Positions 9,654-23,519 of a stretch of 64,000 nucleotides of DNA are shown piece after piece (the first letter of the stretch is position 1; each line of letters opens with the position of its first letter). The translations under genes were made by a program, and so were the position numbers. The stretch is taken from positions 128,001-192,000 of the forward strand of contig CAWAWS010000014.1 in the NCBI GenBank assembly GCA_963785725.1. The letters run 5' to 3'. This DNA is from an uncultured delta proteobacterium. GTDB taxonomy: Bacteria; Myxococcota_A; Polyangia; Palsa-1104. The notes under the pieces were generated by a model that was given only the letters and a program-made list of their open reading frames with translations, was not told the DNA's origin and did not search any database.

Positions 9654-10174
9654 GGTTGAGTCGCCTGAAATGATCCGCTGTCGAGGGTGATGAAGGGCTT
9701 GCCGTCCGATTCGAGCGCGACATCGGCGACGGTGCCTTTGATGACGGCGTTGGGCGCGCCGCTGACTTGGCTGAAGGTGATGTTGCCCGTGGCGAAGGTG
9801 GCCGTCGTCGGGCTGGCGCCGCCGGTGCTGGCGTCGGGCCCGATGATGAAGAACACGACCGGGCCGTTCACGGTCGACGGATAGGTCGTTCCCGCTTGCA
9901 CGTCGCCGGCGATCCACTCGATGCGAAAGCCGCGTAAGTCGTCGGGTCCGGTGGCCTGCGCGCCGACGGCCGTGACGGTGCCGAGCGTGCTCAAGCTGGG
10001 CACGACGCCGGTCGTGGCCGGTAGGTGCTGATCGATCTTATGGCCGTCGATGAAGCTACCGTGCATCTCCATGAAGTCGCTGGTGTTGTTGATGGGCACG
10101 CAGCCGAGCCCGCCCGTAGCGACCGCGACGGCGACGGTGGCCGAGCCGACGAAGCTGAGGGCGCGCGCACGCAT
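9650..10174 (-). CDS. Hypothetical lipoprotein
   Basis: Signal ending GGLGC; stop overlaps the MBL start (ATGA). Confidence 0.65.
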   Translation of the reverse strand: MRARALSFVGSATVAVAVATGGLGCVPINNTSDFMEMHGSFIDGHKIDQHLPATTGVVPSLSTLGTVTAVGAQATGPDDLRGFRIEWIAGDVQAGTTYPSTVNGPVVFFIIGPDASTGGASPTTATFATGNITFSQVSGAPNAVIKGTVADVALESDGKPFITLDSGSFQATQP

Positions 10175-10328
10175 GCGGCGGGAATCTACGCCGGAAATGG
10201 TGCCGCGTCACGCCGGCGACGGCAAAACGGCGCGCCCAGCGCCGATGGGGCTGGATGTTGCGCAGCCGTTGCACACACGCACCCACCTATTCACCTAGCA
10301 AGCCCCTATGTCGTGATAAGAAGTGTAG

Positions 10329-11120
10329 ATGCGAGTCTGTTTCACGCTCGGGCTGTTGGTCATCGTCGCTGGGTGCGCTGGCGTCGGGGCGCCCGAGACG
10401 CAGAACGTGTCCATCGGCCTCGATCTGACGCTGCAGCCGGTCGCTTACGATCTGCTCGGCGTCGAGCCGGGTGCCGACCTGGCGATGACGCCGCAGCCGC
10501 CGAGCCACGACATGGCCAATGACAATGACGACATGGCCGTGCCGGTCGTGCCGCCCGATCTGGCGCAGACGCCGGTCGTGCCGCCTGATCTGACGGCACC
10601 GCCCGTCTTCGATCTCTCCAGCAGCAGCGGCTGTACCGGCCATCTCGTCATCAACGAGGTCAAAGTCGCCGGCACGAGCAGCGTCGACGACGAGTTCATC
10701 GAGATCTTCAACCCCTGCGCCACGTCAGTCAGCCTCGCCAACTGGACGCTCGCGCACCTCGCCGCGACCGGCACGACGCCGAACGTCATCGCCACCTTGA
10801 CCGGCAGCATCAGCGGCAACGGCTACTACTTGGTCGCCGAGACGCAGTGCGCGTGCAGCACCATCGCCGATCTCACTTACACGACCGGCACCTTGGCCGC
10901 GGCCGGCGGCGGCATCGGGCTGCGCAACGCGTCGGGCACCGTCATCGACGCCGTCGGCTACGGCACGGGCACGGCCAACGCGTACGTCGAAGGCGCGCCG
11001 GCCGCTGCGCCGGCGGCCGGTTCGTCGATCGCGCGCCATCCGAACGGTCACGACACCGACCACAACGACGCCGACTTCACCGTCGATACGACGCCGACGC
11101 CGCGCGCCGCCAATCCTTAG
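10329..11120 (+). CDS. Lamin-tail-domain lipoprotein
   Basis: VAGC lipobox; LVINEV...DEFIEIFNP...DAVGYG...SIARHPNGHDTDHNDADF...PTP. Confidence 0.8.
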   Translation: MRVCFTLGLLVIVAGCAGVGAPETQNVSIGLDLTLQPVAYDLLGVEPGADLAMTPQPPSHDMANDNDDMAVPVVPPDLAQTPVVPPDLTAPPVFDLSSSSGCTGHLVINEVKVAGTSSVDDEFIEIFNPCATSVSLANWTLAHLAATGTTPNVIATLTGSISGNGYYLVAETQCACSTIADLTYTTGTLAAAGGGIGLRNASGTVIDAVGYGTGTANAYVEGAPAAAPAAGSSIARHPNGHDTDHNDADFTVDTTPTPRAANP

Positions 11121-11164
11121 CCCGCCGACCGGTCTGACCCTCCGCTCGTGCTCGTCTACCGCGT

Positions 11165-11194
11165 TTGACAGCGGGCGGCGCGACGGCCTACCGT
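11165..11194 (+). promoter_or_regulatory. Sigma70-type promoter, probably leaderless
   Basis: TTGACA (11165-11170), 18 nt, TACCGT (11189-11194), 6 nt, then GTG start at 11201. Confidence 0.55.
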
Positions 11195-11200
11195 AAAACC

Positions 11201-12022
11201 GTGCCGGGTCTGCGATTCGCGCTCGTGGTGGCTCTCGGCGCCGTCTGTTTGGCGACGCCGGCGCTGGCGCGATCGGAGTCGGCCGAAGCCGAAGTCGAGC
11301 GGCTGGCCGCCGAGGCGCTCAACGCTTACAAAGGCGCGGACTATCATCGCGCCGTCGAGCTGCTGACGCGGGCTTACGAGATCCGCCAAGTGCCGGCGCT
11401 GCTCTACAACTTGGCCAAGGCCGAGGACAAGCTGGGCGACGTCGATCGCGCGGCCGATGCCTATCGCCGCTATGTGCAGTCGACGGGCGCCGATCCGAAG
11501 CTGAAGGCGCGGGCCGAGGCGCGCCTGCTCGTGCTCGACGAGGCGCGGCGCAAGCAAGCGGAGGCGAAAGCGGCGGCCGCGGCCGCGGCCACGCCGCCGG
11601 TCGTCGTCACGCCCGCCCAAATCACCGCCGCGCCGCCATCGATCGTGACCGACGAGCAGCTGCGCCAAGAGGCGCGCGTGGCCGAGCAGCGCCGTCGCCA
11701 TCGCGATCGGCTGTTCGCGCTCGGCTTCGGCGCGGCGACGGTCGCGTTCGGCGCCGTCGCCGTCGGGCTCTCCGTCGACGCGCTGCAGCTGCGCGACGAT
11801 TACGGCGCCACCGTCGACTTCGCGCGCAAGCAGCAGCTGAAGTCGGACGCGCTCGTTCGCGCCGGCGCCGCCGATGGATTTTATGCCGCGACCGCGGCCG
11901 CCGCCGTCGTCACCGCCGTGTTCCTCTATCGCGGCTATCGTCACGAGCGCGCCGCCGCGGTCGCGGTCGCGCCGTCGCTGGCGCCGTCGGCGTTCGGCCT
12001 CGTCGCGAGCGGACGCTTTTGA
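11201..12022 (+). CDS. Exported TPR protein with C-terminal hydrophobic segments
   Basis: Signal peptide; RAYE...PALLYNLAKA...AADAYRRY TPR; C-terminal GLVASGRF typical of myxobacterial TPR/PEGA proteins. Confidence 0.75.
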   Translation: MPGLRFALVVALGAVCLATPALARSESAEAEVERLAAEALNAYKGADYHRAVELLTRAYEIRQVPALLYNLAKAEDKLGDVDRAADAYRRYVQSTGADPKLKARAEARLLVLDEARRKQAEAKAAAAAAATPPVVVTPAQITAAPPSIVTDEQLRQEARVAEQRRRHRDRLFALGFGAATVAFGAVAVGLSVDALQLRDDYGATVDFARKQQLKSDALVRAGAADGFYAATAAAAVVTAVFLYRGYRHERAAAVAVAPSLAPSAFGLVASGRF

Positions 12023-13374
12023 GAGCCGGCGCGCTCGTCCTCGCGGTCGTCGCGAGCGGCTGCTCGGCCGTGCTCGACTTCCACGAGTGCAACGTCAGCG
12101 CCGATTGCGCCGGCCGCAGCCCCGACGGCGGCGCGGCCCTCTATTGCACGAGCGATCACATGTGCGTCGACTCCACGCCGTGCGTCGTCTCGACCGCGCC
12201 GACGACGACGACGGGGCAGCCGACGCTCGTCATCGGCGGGCTCTACAAGCTGTCGGGCACCGGCGCCGACGATCATGCCGTGCGCCAGGCGGTCGACTTG
12301 GCCGCCGAGCAGCTGGCGACGGAAGATCAGCCGGTCTTGCACGTCGCCTGCGATACGGCCGGCGATCCGACGCAGGCGGCGAACGCGCTGCGCGTGGCCG
12401 TCGAAGTCTTCCACGCCGTCGCCATCGTCGGGCCGCGCACGAGCGACGAGGTCGTCAAAGGGCTGGCGCCGGTCGTGCGTCGTTATGGCGCGGTCATCGT
12501 CTCACCGTCGGCGACGAACCCGTCGATCGGTCAGCTCGACGACGACCACCTCATCTGGCGCACCTGTCCGAGCGACAACTTGCAGGCCAAGGTGTTGACG
12601 ACGCTGGTGCCGACGACGACCGGGACGACGCTCGATCTCGTCTACGTCGACATGAACACCTACGCGACCGGGCTCGAGCAGGCCTTCACGCAGCAATTTA
12701 CCGGCATGGTGACGAAGTCGATCGTCTTCGAGACCGGGATGGCGGCGATGGCGGTGTCGGAGATGGACGACCCCGAGTATGCGCTGCTCATCGCCGACAC
12801 CGACGCGCCGGCGCTCGTGGCCGCGATCGGCGCGACGCCGGGGCTGGCGACGACCAAGTTCCTCATGACCGACAGCGCGCAGGCGCCTTCGTTGTGGGGC
12901 GCGGCGCCGTACGATTACACACTGTTGTCACGCATCTCGGGCACGGCGCCGGGGCTGCCGCCCGACGGCGATCCGTCGGCGGCCGTCTATCGCAGCTTCG
13001 CGTCCGACTACATGGCGCACTGGAGCGAAGATCCGGCCGACACCGCGCACGTCGCGAACGCCTACGACGCCGCCTTCGCCATCGCGATCGCCGCCGCCGG
13101 CGTCGGCAAGCGCGCGACGGGCGCGGAGATCGCGGCCAACATGGCGCGGCTGTCGAGCGCCAACGCGCTCAGCGTCGACGTCGGGCCCATCTCGTTCAAG
13201 ACCGCCGTCAACGCGCTCCTCAGCGGCAGCAACGTCAACCTCGTCGGCGCCTCGGGACCGATCGACTTCGACGGCAACGGCGACATCATCACCGCGCCCA
13301 TCGAAGTATGGGGAATCGCGCAAGGTACCGATGGCTCGCCCACCTTCGTCAGCGAGAAGGTGACCACCCCCTGA
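12019..13374 (+). CDS. Lipoprotein with Cys-rich N-terminus and branched-chain amino acid (LivJ-like) periplasmic binding domain
   Basis: ASGC lipobox; ACDTAGDP, AIVGPRTS, SPSATNP, WRTCPSDNLQ, ANAYDA, GASGPIDFD. Confidence 0.8.
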   Translation: MRAGALVLAVVASGCSAVLDFHECNVSADCAGRSPDGGAALYCTSDHMCVDSTPCVVSTAPTTTTGQPTLVIGGLYKLSGTGADDHAVRQAVDLAAEQLATEDQPVLHVACDTAGDPTQAANALRVAVEVFHAVAIVGPRTSDEVVKGLAPVVRRYGAVIVSPSATNPSIGQLDDDHLIWRTCPSDNLQAKVLTTLVPTTTGTTLDLVYVDMNTYATGLEQAFTQQFTGMVTKSIVFETGMAAMAVSEMDDPEYALLIADTDAPALVAAIGATPGLATTKFLMTDSAQAPSLWGAAPYDYTLLSRISGTAPGLPPDGDPSAAVYRSFASDYMAHWSEDPADTAHVANAYDAAFAIAIAAAGVGKRATGAEIAANMARLSSANALSVDVGPISFKTAVNALLSGSNVNLVGASGPIDFDGNGDIITAPIEVWGIAQGTDGSPTFVSEKVTTP

Positions 13375-13408
13375 TCGGATTTCGCCGCGCGTGGTAAAAT
13401 TCGCGCCA

Positions 13409-15008
<1,600 letters not shown>

Positions 15009-15019
<11 letters not shown>

Positions 15020-15536
15020 ATCGACCCAGCTGCTGGTGCTCGCGGGCGCGCTCATCGCCGCCGGCGCGCTCGTCGCCGCGTGCGACAACTTCTTCTTCCT
15101 GCGCGGCACGCTGCACGGCGACTGCGATCCGCCGCGCGGCAGCAACACCGACACGACGCAGGCGCAGGTCTCCAACTGCCAGGCGCCCGCCAGCGTCTGC
15201 TGCCGCACGAACCCCAACGTGCCGCGCACCAGCTGCGAGTATCCCGAGGACTGCTACGTCGCGCCGTTCTTGGGCAAATGCTCGACGCCGGTCGACTGCA
15301 CCGAGTCGCAGTCGTGCACCAACGGCACGTGCCAATGCACCGGCGGCATCCCGTGCAGCAACCCGCTCACCAAGATCACCACCTGCTGCACGACGAGCGA
15401 AGTGTGCGATCCGGTCATGTTCTTGTGCGCGATCCCCGACGGCGGCGTCATCCTCGTCGACATGTCGCGCGGCGGCCAATCGCCGGGGCTCGATTTGAGC
15501 CTACCCACGACTGGCAGCACCGATATGGCGCAGTGA
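15009..15536 (+). CDS. Cys-rich lipoprotein
   Basis: LVAAC lipobox; many spaced Cys and CC pairs; overlaps the kinase stop. Confidence 0.7.
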
Positions 15537-15615
15537 ATCCAGTTGAACGCGTATAAAATTCACGTGCTTGCGACGGTGGCACCAGCCCGTCGCATCCGTT
15601 AGACTCCCCACTCCC

Positions 15616-18297
15616 ATGCCGCGCGTCGCGATCGCCAATCCCTCGGATGGCGGCCTGATTTACTGGCTGTTCAAGCTCTACGCCTTCGCGTTCTGCGCTG
15701 GTTTGACGACGCTCGTGTTCATCGCCGGCGCGGTCTATTTGCACTTTTGTCGCGAGCTGCCGCCGCTGCCCGATCTGTCGACCTACGCCTCGACCGCGCC
15801 CGGCATGACGACGATCTACGGACAAGACGGCACGCTCCTGGCCGAGCTGTCGACCGAGCGGCGCGAGATCGTGCCGCTCGATCACGTGCCGCCGACGCTC
15901 GTCGATGCCTTCTTGTCGACCGAGGATCGCCGCTTCTTCTCGCACGGCGGCTTCGATATTCGCGGCCTCGTGCGCGCGTTGGCCGCCGATCTGCGCGCCG
16001 GCGGCGTCAAGCAGGGCGGCTCGACCATCACGCAGCAGGTGGCGAAGGCGTTCCTCTCGTCGGAGCGGACGTGGTCGCGCAAGATCAAGGAGCTCATCTT
16101 CGCGCGCCGCCTCGAGGGCCGATATTCGAAACGCGAGATATTATCGTTATATTTGAATCATATTTTCCTCGGTAATTACGCCTATGGCGTGCAGGCGGCG
16201 GCGCGGCGTTATTTCGACAAGGACGTGGCCGAGCTCGACTTGGGGCAGCAGGCGCTCATCGCCGGCTTGGCGCAGGCGCCGTCGCGCTACAACCCGTTCG
16301 TCGACGAGGAAGCGGCGCAGAAACGGCGCTCGGAAGTGCTCGACAACATGGTCGAGAACGGCGTGCTGCAGAAGGACGCGGCGGCACAATGGAAGCGAAC
16401 GCCGCTGCACATTCGCCCGCGCCCCGATTACTTCCACGAATTAACCCCATATTTTACCGAGCAGATTCGCCGCGATTTGATCAAACGCCTCGGGCAAAAG
16501 GCGCTCTACGAAGGCGGTTATCGCGTCGAGGCGACCGTGTTGCCGTACGTCGATCTGTTGGCGCAGGACAACGTCGACCACGCGGCGCGCAAGCTCGACA
16601 AGCGGCAAGGCTGGCGCGGCCCGGAAGCGCGGCTCACCGACGACAACGCGCTGGCGTTCAAGGCGCGCATGATCGAGCTCTACGGCAAAGGGCCGCTCGT
16701 CGAGGACAAGCTGTATTTGGGGCTCGTCGAGAAGGTGAGCCCGCAAGCGGCGACCGTTCGCGTCGGCGCGCACACCTATCAGCTGCCGCTCGAGAACATG
16801 CTGTGGGCGGCGCCGTTTTCGGCATCGGACGCGACCAACGACAAGCAGATCGCGGCCGTCGGCGAGGCGCTCCATCGCCACGACGTCGTGTGGGTCAAAT
16901 GGGTGTTTCACTCGACGATCCCGCGCTTCTCGGACTTTACGTACAACGAAGAGGGCGACGCGACCTGGATTCCCGAGCAGCTGGAGCCGAAGAAGCCGCC
17001 CAAGCAGCAAATTCTCGCGCTCGAGCAGACGCCGCGCGTGCAGGGCTCGATCTACGCGGTCGATCATCGCGACGGCTACGTCGTGGCGATGGCCGGCGGC
17101 GACGACTACGATCGCTCGGAGTTCAACCGCGTCACGCAGGCCTGCCGGCAGCCGGGCTCGGCGCTCAAGCCGATCTACTATTCGCTGGCGCTCGATCGCG
17201 GCTACGCCTACGACACGCAGTGGAACGACAAGCTGAAGGCGGAGGTCGATCCGTCGACGGGCGAGCTGTGGGTGCCGCAAAACGTCGACGGCAGCTACTC
17301 GGCGCAGGTCTCGCTCGAGCGCGCGCTGGTGTGGTCGAAGAATCCGCCGTCGGTCGAAATCTTCCACATCCTCGGCACCAAGGACATCGAGCGCTGGGCC
17401 AAGAAGCTCGGCATCACGACGCCGATCATCACCAACGACAAGTGCGAGAAGGAGTTCTGCTCGTCGCTGGCGTTGGGCGCGTCTTGCGTGCACATGGACG
17501 ACATGACGCGCGCCTTCGCCGTCTTCGCGCGCAACGGCAAGCCGATCGAGCCGACCTTCGTGCGCCGCGTGATCGATCGAACCGGCCGCGTCGTCGAGGA
17601 TCACGCGGCGTGGGACGATCCGTGGCTCGAAGGCGACGAGCGGCTCGATCGGCAGGCGGCGCTGATGGGCAAAGAGCCGGCGCCGGTCATCGATCCGCGC
17701 ACGGCGTGGCTGACGTCGAAGCTCCTGCGCGAGGTCGTGACGCAAGGTCACTCGGGCCCGATTCGCGCGACCAAGATCGTCGCCGCCGGCAAGACCGGCA
17801 CGTCGAGCCGCACCAGCGACGTCTGGTTCTACGGCTACACGTCGCGCTGGATGGCGACGGCCTGGCTCGGCGACGACAAATACGAGCGCCAGCTCGGCTA
17901 CAAGGACGCGTCGTTCATGCTCAGCGTGCCGATGTGGGCGCGCTTCATGTACGCGGCCGCGGGCGAGCAGCCGCTCGAGGACATCCCGTGGGAGCGGCCG
18001 GCGAAGGTCAAGGCGACCGACATCGGCGGGCCGCTGAAGAAGGATTTCCCGCCGCCGCCGCCGGCCGGATTCGACGTCACCGGCAAGCCGATCGAGCCGC
18101 CGGACAAGCTCAAAGAGCAGATCGCCAAGCAGAAGGAGTTTCCTGGCGCGTTGACGCCGGTCGGCGTGTCGCCGGTGGTCAAGTCGCCGTTCGACAAGCT
18201 GGAGAAGCCGAAGACGGTGCGCGTGATGTCGGCGACGCCGAAGGTGCCACCGTCGGGCGCGACGCAGGCGCCGCCGCCGCCAAAATCTCGCCATTAG
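15616..18297 (+). CDS. mrcA: Class A penicillin-binding protein 1A
   Basis: GT51 motifs EDRRF, GGSTITQQ, RKIKE, YLN; transpeptidase motifs QPGSALK, SKN, KTGT. Confidence 0.93.
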   Translation: MPRVAIANPSDGGLIYWLFKLYAFAFCAGLTTLVFIAGAVYLHFCRELPPLPDLSTYASTAPGMTTIYGQDGTLLAELSTERREIVPLDHVPPTLVDAFLSTEDRRFFSHGGFDIRGLVRALAADLRAGGVKQGGSTITQQVAKAFLSSERTWSRKIKELIFARRLEGRYSKREILSLYLNHIFLGNYAYGVQAAARRYFDKDVAELDLGQQALIAGLAQAPSRYNPFVDEEAAQKRRSEVLDNMVENGVLQKDAAAQWKRTPLHIRPRPDYFHELTPYFTEQIRRDLIKRLGQKALYEGGYRVEATVLPYVDLLAQDNVDHAARKLDKRQGWRGPEARLTDDNALAFKARMIELYGKGPLVEDKLYLGLVEKVSPQAATVRVGAHTYQLPLENMLWAAPFSASDATNDKQIAAVGEALHRHDVVWVKWVFHSTIPRFSDFTYNEEGDATWIPEQLEPKKPPKQQILALEQTPRVQGSIYAVDHRDGYVVAMAGGDDYDRSEFNRVTQACRQPGSALKPIYYSLALDRGYAYDTQWNDKLKAEVDPSTGELWVPQNVDGSYSAQVSLERALVWSKNPPSVEIFHILGTKDIERWAKKLGITTPIITNDKCEKEFCSSLALGASCVHMDDMTRAFAVFARNGKPIEPTFVRRVIDRTGRVVEDHAAWDDPWLEGDERLDRQAALMGKEPAPVIDPRTAWLTSKLLREVVTQGHSGPIRATKIVAAGKTGTSSRTSDVWFYGYTSRWMATAWLGDDKYERQLGYKDASFMLSVPMWARFMYAAAGEQPLEDIPWERPAKVKATDIGGPLKKDFPPPPPAGFDVTGKPIEPPDKLKEQIAKQKEFPGALTPVGVSPVVKSPFDKLEKPKTVRVMSATPKVPPSGATQAPPPPKSRH

Positions 18298-18323
18298 ATC
18301 GGCGCTGTTGTATCGTCGCGACC

Positions 18324-18710
18324 GTGAAGTGGGTCGGCGCGATCCTCGTGTTTCTCGTCGCTGGTTGCGGCAGCGGCTCCAATACGCAAAAGGAGCCGAT
18401 CGGCTCGCGTTGCAACTCGAACGGCAACTGCGGCACGTCACCGTTCCAATGCGAGACCGCGGCCAACGGTTACCCCGGCGGCTATTGCGACAAGCCCTGC
18501 ACCACCGACGGTGATTGTCCGCTCGATTCGTTGTGCTTGCCCAAGCCCGCCGCCGTCTGTCGTCGTCGCTGCACCGACTCGGCCGAGTGCCGCACCGACA
18601 CCGCCGACGGCAAAGGCTACGCCTGCATCACCACCGAAGGCGCCACCGGCAGCTACTGCGACGTGCAGACGCTGACGACGCCGGTCGATCTCGGCCCCGT
18701 CGACCTGTAG
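18324..18710 (+). CDS. Cys-rich lipoprotein
   Basis: GTG start, LVAGC lipobox, GYPGGYCDKPCTTDGDCP myxobacterial Cys repeats (3' end of track ORF 16389..18710). Confidence 0.75.
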   Translation: MKWVGAILVFLVAGCGSGSNTQKEPIGSRCNSNGNCGTSPFQCETAANGYPGGYCDKPCTTDGDCPLDSLCLPKPAAVCRRRCTDSAECRTDTADGKGYACITTEGATGSYCDVQTLTTPVDLGPVDL

Positions 18711-18784
18711 CGACAGACGACAAACGCCGCGCGGCCGCAGCAACGGTCGTGGACGGCGACGCGTCATCGGGCTAAGCTTTCTCC

Positions 18785-20138
18785 ATGCGTTGGGCGCCAG
18801 CTCTGCTGCTGGGCTGTGTCGGACTGGCGGCCTGCAGCTTCACCGTCTCGGGCAGCCAAGGTACCGACCTAGGCTCTCCCGTGTTCGATCTGGGGGGCGC
18901 CGATTCTGACGCACGTCGTGCCGCCCGACATCGCCGGCAGCGGCTGCGCCAGCTGTCCCAACGCCTGCGACACGACGATGATGCCGCCGCGCTGCTTGCA
19001 CCTCGTGCCGACCGGACCCGTCGCCGCCTCCGACCTCACGACCGACGGCTTGAAGATGCAGTCGGTCAGCGCCGACATCGTCGTGAACACCGACACGGGC
19101 GCCATTTCGGGCGGCGTCACGCGCGCAGCCGGCAGCGGCGTCATCGGCGGCGTCGGCTTTCGCGTCGCGACGCAGGCGACCGGCCCGTCGGTCGGCGTGT
19201 TCAGCGTGGCCGGCTTGACCGTCGCCAACACCGCCACCATCAGCTTCACCGGCAGCAACGCGTTCGCGCTCGCATCGGCCGGCACGCTGACGATCCACGG
19301 CACCATCAACGGCTCGTGCGCCGGCCCGCAGAATCCCGGACCGGGCGCGTTCGCCGGCGCGACACCGACAACGATGGCCGGCGGACCGGGCGGCGGCGCG
19401 AACGGCGCCAGCGGCGCGCTCGGCGCGGCCAGCGGCGGCGGCGGCGGCGGCTTCGGCGATCTCGGCGGTAAAGGCGCGCAAGGCCCGACGCTGACGACGA
19501 CCGCCGGCGGCGGCATCTACGGCGACCTCACGACCGCGACGTTTACGCTCATCGGCGGCAGCGGCGGCGGCCTCGGCGGCAACGGCGGGCTCGGCGGTCC
19601 CGGCGGCGGCGCCGTGCAATTCTCCGTCGACGGCGACATCGAGATCGACGGCGTCATCACCGTCGGCGGCTGCGGCGGCTCGGGCGCGGCCGCCGGCGCC
19701 GGCGGCGGTGGCGGCGCCGGCGGCGCGATCGTGCTCGAAGGCGCGCAGATCGCGCTCGGCACCAGCTCGGTCGTGGCCGCGAACGGCGGCGGCGGTGGCG
19801 GCGCCGCGGTCACCGACGCGAGCGGCAACGGCGCCACCGGCAGCGCGTCGACGGCGCGCGCGCTCGGCGGCGTCGGCGCCGGCTTGGGCGGCTCGGGCGC
19901 GCTCGGCGGCGCCAGCGGCGGTCATCCCGGCCTGCACTTGACCCAAGGCGGCGACGCGCCGGCGCTGGTGGGGCTACAGAACGCGGGCGGCGGCGGTGGT
20001 GGCGGCTCGGGACGCATCGCGCTGCGCGCTTACATGAAGCACATCGACGATCAATCGACCGCGGTGACGCCCGATCTGACGGACACGAATGCTGCCGGCA
20101 CGCATCAGACAAGCTACGACACGGCCACGTTCCAATAG
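18785..20138 (+). CDS. Gly-rich (PGRS-like) lipoprotein, +1 frameshift at ~18905
   Basis: LAAC lipobox in one frame; removing one T in gattctgacg joins it to the Gly-rich ORF 18918..20138. Confidence 0.75.
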
Positions 20139-20161
20139 CGAAGACGATGTTGTAGTAGTCG

Positions 20162-20812
20162 TTAGGCGGCGCGGCGGGGCGCGTCGTCGTCGGCTTGTGG
20201 GGCTTGGCCGGCGAGCGCGAGCAGCTTCGAGCGCAGCTTGTTCTTCTTCGAATAGACCGTCTTGACGCTGATGTTCATCGCCGTCGCCACCTCTTCCGGC
20301 AACAGGCCCGCGCCATAATAGAGCTCGACGAAGCGACGATCGCGCTCGCTGAAATCGGCCAACAGCGCGTTCAAGTAGTGCCAGCGCTCCTTCTCGAGCA
20401 CGGTGTCGAGCGCCGACGGATCGTCCCCCGCGCGTTCGACGGCGCCGTCGAGCCGATCGAGCAGCGGACGGCGCGAGGTCTGGCGCAAGTAGTCGTAAGC
20501 CGTATTGATCGCGAGCAGGCCCAGCCACGAGCCGAGCTTGGCGCCGCGCGTCGCGTCGTAAGCGCGCAGCTTGCGCATGTCGTCGCGCAGGAGGTTGAAG
20601 CAGACGTCGCCGAAGATCTCGTTGACGTCTTCGTTGGAAAGAACGGCGTCGTATTTGCCGGCCACTTTGCCGATGCAGCGGAAGACGAGGCCGCGAAAGC
20701 GCCGTAACAGCTCGTTCCAGGCCACCTGATCGTTGTCGAGGACGCTGGCCAAGAGCTGGCCGTCCGGTAGCGCGCGATAATCCAACTCCAAGCTGACATG
20801 CAAAGCGCCCAT
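20162..20812 (-). CDS. ECF-type sigma-70 family sigma factor
   Basis: DQVAWNELL, WLGLLAINTAYDYLR (region 2); PEEVATAMNISVKTVYS (region 4 HTH). Confidence 0.85.
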   Translation of the reverse strand: MGALHVSLELDYRALPDGQLLASVLDNDQVAWNELLRRFRGLVFRCIGKVAGKYDAVLSNEDVNEIFGDVCFNLLRDDMRKLRAYDATRGAKLGSWLGLLAINTAYDYLRQTSRRPLLDRLDGAVERAGDDPSALDTVLEKERWHYLNALLADFSERDRRFVELYYGAGLLPEEVATAMNISVKTVYSKKNKLRSKLLALAGQAPQADDDAPRRAA

Positions 20813-21127
20813 GTTCGGAACCTCTCGTTTCGCTCAGCCGCTACTTACGCAAGCCCGAGGCCGAAAGTTCTTTTCCGCGCGCCGATCGCGGAAGTCGGCG
20901 GCGTCCGCGGCTTTCGTGCGGCGCGGCGTGCCTGGTCGCACAGCGTGCGCAGCGTCAGTGGCGCCACCGACACGCTCCGGCGCGGCTTTTAGGACACATC
21001 GGCAATAACGCGCGGGCGAGCGCCGTTATTCATTTAACGGAGTGACTCGAAACTAGTGACGGTTTGAAGCGGAAATAAATTCGTATGCGAATGCGGCGCG
21101 AAATCGAGCGGAAATGATCAGCCGCTT

Positions 21128-22615
<1,488 letters not shown>

Positions 22616-22626
22616 CGTTTCTCCTG

Positions 22627-23406
22627 TCACAAGTAGCGATTGAACCAGTCGGCGGCGGCGTTGAACACGCGCTCGCGCTCGACGTCGAGGGTGATGCAGT
22701 GAAACGAGTCGTGCAGGACGACTTTGGCGTAGTCGGCGCTGCCGATGCGATGGGCGATGCCGTCCATGTTGTCGAACGGCACCGTGTGATCGAGCTCGGA
22801 GTGCATGAGGATCGCCGGCGTCTTGACGTCGCCCAGCTTGTCGCGCAGGTATTCGCCGAACTCGACCAGCGACGCGAGCGCGACGAGCGGCATGCCGGCG
22901 CGTCCTTGCGCTTCCGAGTTCTGCTTCTTCAGCTCCGGGTCGCGAATGTCGCTGCCGGCCAACTTCGGCAACGACGCGCGCCGCAGCATCGGAATGCGCA
23001 TCATCGTCTTGGCGAACTGAATCGCTTGCGGCTGTAGCCACAGCGGCGCCGACATGACGCAGATAGCGGCGATGTCGCTCGCATGATGGCGCGCCAGCTC
23101 CAGCGTCACGAGCCCGCCCATCGACAGCCCAGCGACGGCGACCGGCTTGTCGCCGACGCGCGCACGCAGCCGCGCCAGCGCCGTTTCCGCCGAGGCATAC
23201 CAATCGTGCCAGGTCGTCTTGGCCAGATCCTTGGTCGTGCCGCCGTGGCCGGCCAAGCGCACGCCTTCGACGGCAAAGCCGCGGCGCGCCAGATCTTCGC
23301 CCATGAGGCGCATCTCGAAGGGCGTGCCGGTGAACCCGTGCACGACGAGCACACCCTTCGTCCCCGGGCTTTGCGGCCCTAATGAAAATGGCTCTGCATC
23401 TACCAC
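22627..23406 (-). CDS. Alpha/beta-hydrolase carboxylesterase / monoacylglycerol lipase-like
   Basis: HGFTG, LAGHG, GLSMGG nucleophile elbow, DHTV, SFH. Confidence 0.85.
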   Translation of the reverse strand: MVDAEPFSLGPQSPGTKGVLVVHGFTGTPFEMRLMGEDLARRGFAVEGVRLAGHGGTTKDLAKTTWHDWYASAETALARLRARVGDKPVAVAGLSMGGLVTLELARHHASDIAAICVMSAPLWLQPQAIQFAKTMMRIPMLRRASLPKLAGSDIRDPELKKQNSEAQGRAGMPLVALASLVEFGEYLRDKLGDVKTPAILMHSELDHTVPFDNMDGIAHRIGSADYAKVVLHDSFHCITLDVERERVFNAAADWFNRYL

Positions 23407-23519
23407 GCGTACACCGTAGCTGTTTTCACGACGTGACGTCACGTTGACAGTAAGAGAATAGAAGATGTAAAAAGAAACGAGGAAGCTCGTGACCACCACG
23501 AGCAACCGCCTCCCCGCGC

